Below, piece by piece: positions 61,493 through 64,000 of a stretch of DNA of 64,000 nucleotides. The stretch lies in NCBI GenBank assembly GCA_002716065.1, contig PAZE01000048.1:13-64012 (forward strand). Reading direction: 5' to 3'. Position numbers and translations under genes: made by a program. The stretch is from Crocinitomicaceae bacterium (GTDB lineage: Bacteria > Bacteroidota > Bacteroidia > Flavobacteriales_D > Parvicellaceae). Each line of letters starts with the position of its first letter. The first letter of the stretch is position 1. The notes beneath the pieces are model-generated. The model did no database searches. It was not told the DNA's origin and was given only the letters and a program-made list of their open reading frames with translations.

Positions 61493-62260
61493 TTATTTAA
61501 AGTTTGCAAGAACATCCATTAGAAGCTCTTTTTTCCTAACGGAAACATCTACATGAGAGTCATTACTTAAAACAACATACCCACCTTTACCTTTTATGTA
61601 TTTTTTGATATGACCTAGGTTAACCATATTAGATTTATGAACTCTGAAAAAATTACATTCACTTAGCAGTTCTTCAAATTCTCTTAACGATTTTGAAACT
61701 GTGATTTTTTGACCATTAGTAAGGTAAAAATTACAATATGCACGATCTGCTTCACATCTTAAAATTTCATTTATTTCATAAAACTCTATGCCTTCTAATG
61801 AGGGTAAAGCAATTTTCTTAAACTCAAAGCCTTCATTTTTCTGGTTATCTTTAAGAATGTCAAATCGCTGATCAACAGATTTATTTGTAGAGTTAACTAT
61901 ACTATTTATAGCTTTTTCTACAGCAATTTTAAGTTCATTTACATTTATAGGTTTTAATAAATAGTCTAATGCAGCAAATTTTATTGCTTTAATTGCATAG
62001 TCTGCATGTGCTGTTGTGAAAATCAATTGAAAAGAGGGGTTGTCAAACTTTTCCAACAAGGTGAAACCATTTCCACCAGGCATTTCAATATCCAAGAAAA
62101 TGATTTGTGGATTGTGATTGTCTATAAATTCTTTTGCAGACTGAACATTCTCTGCCTGTCCAATAACTTTGACCCCGTAACAAAACTGTTCAATTAATTT
62201 AGCTAAAGTTTCTCGATTTTTGTGTTCATCATCAACAATAAGGGCGGTAACATCTTCCAT
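61493..62260 (-). CDS. LytR/AlgR-family response regulator (receiver + LytTR DNA-binding domain)
   Basis: Receiver domain (LIVDDE…FLDIEMPGGNG…) and LytTR domain (…FFRVHKSNMVNLGHIKKY…). Its stop directly abuts the PorP/SprF start. Confidence 0.9.
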   Translation of the reverse strand: MEDVTALIVDDEHKNRETLAKLIEQFCYGVKVIGQAENVQSAKEFIDNHNPQIIFLDIEMPGGNGFTLLEKFDNPSFQLIFTTAHADYAIKAIKFAALDYLLKPINVNELKIAVEKAINSIVNSTNKSVDQRFDILKDNQKNEGFEFKKIALPSLEGIEFYEINEILRCEADRAYCNFYLTNGQKITVSKSLREFEELLSECNFFRVHKSNMVNLGHIKKYIKGKGGYVVLSNDSHVDVSVRKKELLMDVLANFK

Positions 62261-62298
62261 CTTTAAATTATTTACTTAAAGATAATAGAATAAAGATA

Positions 62299-62751
62299 TT
62301 ATCGTATAAGAACTACAGACCCTTTTTTAACAATAATGTTTTCACCAGTTATATTTACAGCTTTTACTTGATAAACATATGTTCCAAGTGGTGCAGGAGT
62401 TCCTCTGTAATCTCCATTCCATTGCTCATTTAAATCATTAGCTTGAAAAACTAGTTGTCCCCATCTGTTGTAGATTTCTAACGAATAATTTTCAACTCCC
62501 TGTCCTTTAAATGCAAAATAATCATTAGTTCCGTCACCATCTGGTGAAAATACGTTTGGAGCATACAATGTTAATGGCTTGTCTACAGCTATTGTATTTG
62601 ATACACTTACTATTTGTTCATTTTGATTTTGAACAGCAACAATTCTGTATATGTCTAAATTTTCATTATATACATTTTGAGTGTTCTGTCCAATAAAGGA
62701 TAAACTCATAATTGAGAATAGGGCTGTTAGTATGGTGTTTTTTACTTTCAT
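62299..62751 (-). CDS. small secreted protein: signal peptide + short linker + T9SS type B (gliding-motility-associated, CHU_C) C-terminal sorting domain
   Basis: ATG at 62751 (MKVKNTILTALFSIMSLSFIGQ). PNVFSPDGDGTNDYF … YRGTPAPLGTYVYQV … GSVVLIR are the hallmarks of type B CTDs. The TTG at 62769 lies inside the -7 box. Confidence 0.75.
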   Translation of the reverse strand: MKVKNTILTALFSIMSLSFIGQNTQNVYNENLDIYRIVAVQNQNEQIVSVSNTIAVDKPLTLYAPNVFSPDGDGTNDYFAFKGQGVENYSLEIYNRWGQLVFQANDLNEQWNGDYRGTPAPLGTYVYQVKAVNITGENIIVKKGSVVLIR

Positions 62752-62766
62752 ATCTAAATGATTACC

Positions 62767-62774
62767 CAAATTTA
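62767..62774 (-). promoter_or_regulatory. -7 box TAAATTTG of the small-CTD / LytTR RR / PorP-SprF operon
   Basis: Minus-strand TAAATTTG matches TAnnTTTG and lies 15 nt upstream of the ATG at 62751. Confidence 0.4.
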
Positions 62775-62807
62775 AGTAGAGGTAGTCATTTGTATAAAAG
62801 TGCTTTT

Positions 62808-62837
62808 CCTAACGTTACATTTTACTTTTCTAACGTA
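62808..62837 (-). promoter_or_regulatory. pair of LytTR-type direct repeats with 21-bp phasing
   Basis: On the minus strand, TACGTTAGA (62837-62829) and AACGTTAGG (62816-62808) give a 9-mer + 12-nt spacer + 9-mer. They match [TA][AC][CA]GTTN[AG][TG] at 8/9 and 9/9. Confidence 0.5.
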
Positions 62838-62849
62838 ACTTTTACAGAA

Positions 62850-64000
62850 TTATGGGTCAATTAAGGTATTGTTAATATCTGGATTTACAACTTTTAGCAC
62901 TTCCCATTGACCGTATTCATTGAGCTTTTGAATTTCATATCTATTTACACCTTTATCCCAATTTTCGTAGGAAGACCATCTTAGAACTGTTTGAAATTCA
63001 TTGGGTTTCTCATAACCTAAAAGAACAGAGCTGCTTATATTTGATGCATTAGATGGAACATTACATTTATTTATGGATACAACATAATACGTGTAGTTTT
63101 GATTAAACACGTCTACATCAGGATCAATGTAGTTGTCTACTGAAATGTCAAATGTTCCTAAGTATTCATAATTTAATTGATCAATAGATTTGAACAGCAC
63201 ATATTCCTTGACTTCATTAACTGCATTTTGTTTAGGGGCCCACTCTGTGTATACATCCTGATCATTAATAACTGTAGAGCGGATAATCTCAGGTGCTGGT
63301 AGTGGGGTTGTGTCATAAACAACTAAAGATTCATTAATATTGGCTCTCAATTTACATCCATATTCATTGATGATTTCTACAGTGAAATCATACCCGCCTA
63401 ATTCAAGTGTAAATGATGGACTTGGAGAAGTTGAAACTAATGAATCATCAATGAACCACTGATAATTTTCATTGTCAATAGAAGAAGAATTGTTGATTAT
63501 GTTGATGTCACTACCAATACAATGGGTAGGATTTTCAAATTCAAAATCTAATATTGGATTAGGTTGAATATAGAGGTAAGTACTGTCAGTATCGTAGCAT
63601 AAACCTGAAGTTTGATAGGTTATAACATAAGTTCCAGCAGAAAGATTAGAGGTGTTAAATACGCCAATAGCATTATTGTTAATTCCAGTTCCACTCCAAG
63701 TTCCACCCGTATTTATAGTATTTAAATTAATTAGTTGATTTGATTCACAAACAGCAATGGGTTGTAAAATAGTAGCATCAAGAAATTCTGTAACCTCAAT
63801 TTCAATTGTATCAGATGAAGGACAATCTCCTTCAATAGAATAAATGTAATTGTGAAAACCTACATTTAAGTTGTTAATTGATATTTCTCCTGTTGAGCTA
63901 TTAATACTACTACCCATCCAAATACCTGAAGGGTAATTTGCTGATAGTGTAGTTGATTGAAGATTACTACAGATTAAGCCAGGATCTGTAATGGAAATAA
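62850..64000 (-). CDS. large cell-surface adhesin-like protein (Ig/PKD/FN3-like repeats), C-terminal part; 5' end lies outside the window
   Basis: The frame stays open upstream of the listed Met to the window edge (translated by hand). Repetitive beta-rich domains typical of Bacteroidota gliding-associated surface proteins. It ends without a recognisable T9SS CTD. Confidence 0.65.
   Translation of the reverse strand, partial: ISITDPGLICSNLQSTTLSANYPSGIWMGSSINSSTGEISINNLNVGFHNYIYSIEGDCPSSDTIEIEVTEFLDATILQPIAVCESNQLINLNTINTGGTWSGTGINNNAIGVFNTSNLSAGTYVITYQTSGLCYDTDSTYLYIQPNPILDFEFENPTHCIGSDINIINNSSSIDNENYQWFIDDSLVSTSPSPSFTLELGGYDFTVEIINEYGCKLRANINESLVVYDTTPLPAPEIIRSTVINDQDVYTEWAPKQNAVNEVKEYVLFKSIDQLNYEYLGTFDISVDNYIDPDVDVFNQNYTYYVVSINKCNVPSNASNISSSVLLGYEKPNEFQTVLRWSSYENWDKGVNRYEIQKLNEYGQWEVLKVVNPDINNTLIDP

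Noticed and set aside
67-62197. Roughly thirty 60-110-aa track ORFs nested inside, or antisense to, long well-supported genes. Examples: 67-342, 2554-2778, 8392-8697, 9818-10015, 15577-15849, 20890-21180, 21612-21854, 21919-22101, 24365-24556, 26461-26685, 27087-27296, 29786-30106, 30466-30669, 31460-31705, 33861-34196, 35605-35880, 38108-38302, 40376-40573, 49523-49738, 51925-52161, 52363-52599, 55554-55766, 57322-57519, 59877-60182, 60859-61053 and 62006-62197.
   Set aside because: Each is fully contained in a longer ORF with clear family motifs on the other strand or frame. Their translations are low-complexity with no recognisable motifs, and they are the expected by-product of antisense frames.
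1-64000. I looked for CRISPR arrays, IS or transposase genes, integrases, phage genes, toxin-antitoxin pairs, restriction-modification genes and other known defence genes.
   Set aside because: None found. There are no regularly spaced repeats, and no ORF has recombinase, nuclease or methylase motifs that I can recognise by eye.

Overview
Low-GC (about one-third G+C by eye), gene-dense chromosomal segment of a Bacteroidota, probably Flavobacteriales-like, genome. Supporting signs are T9SS type A and type B C-terminal sorting domains, a PorP/SprF gene, and TTTG-N19-TAnnTTTG promoters. I call about 50 protein genes, mostly housekeeping: lysA, fmt, icmF, purine nucleoside phosphorylase, DAHP synthase, L31, lon, parE/parC, pckA, pruA, ndk, clpB, gltA, bcp and DPP-IV. 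There is one tRNA-His(GTG). I saw no CRISPR array, transposase, phage gene or recognisable defence gene. Functions are assigned from motifs I recognise in the supplied translations; nothing was searched against a database. Four places deserve a second look. (1) At 60.4-62.9 kb a promoter carries two LytTR-type 9-mers exactly 21 bp apart. It precedes a module of a mini secreted protein that is little more than signal peptide plus T9SS type B CTD, an orphan LytTR response regulator, and a PorP/SprF gene. This may be a T9SS-linked autoregulatory or signalling circuit. (2) At 17.2-19.4 kb two minus-strand genes are each bracketed by matched RYYYAAC/GTTRRRY-type inverted termini and imperfect hairpins. 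This resembles integron gene cassettes with no integrase in view. (3) A 136-codon open frame with no ATG/GTG/TTG start lies in a 600-bp 'intergenic' gap, followed by two strong hairpins. (4) One gene fuses a pentapeptide-repeat domain to a 2-TM K+ channel.
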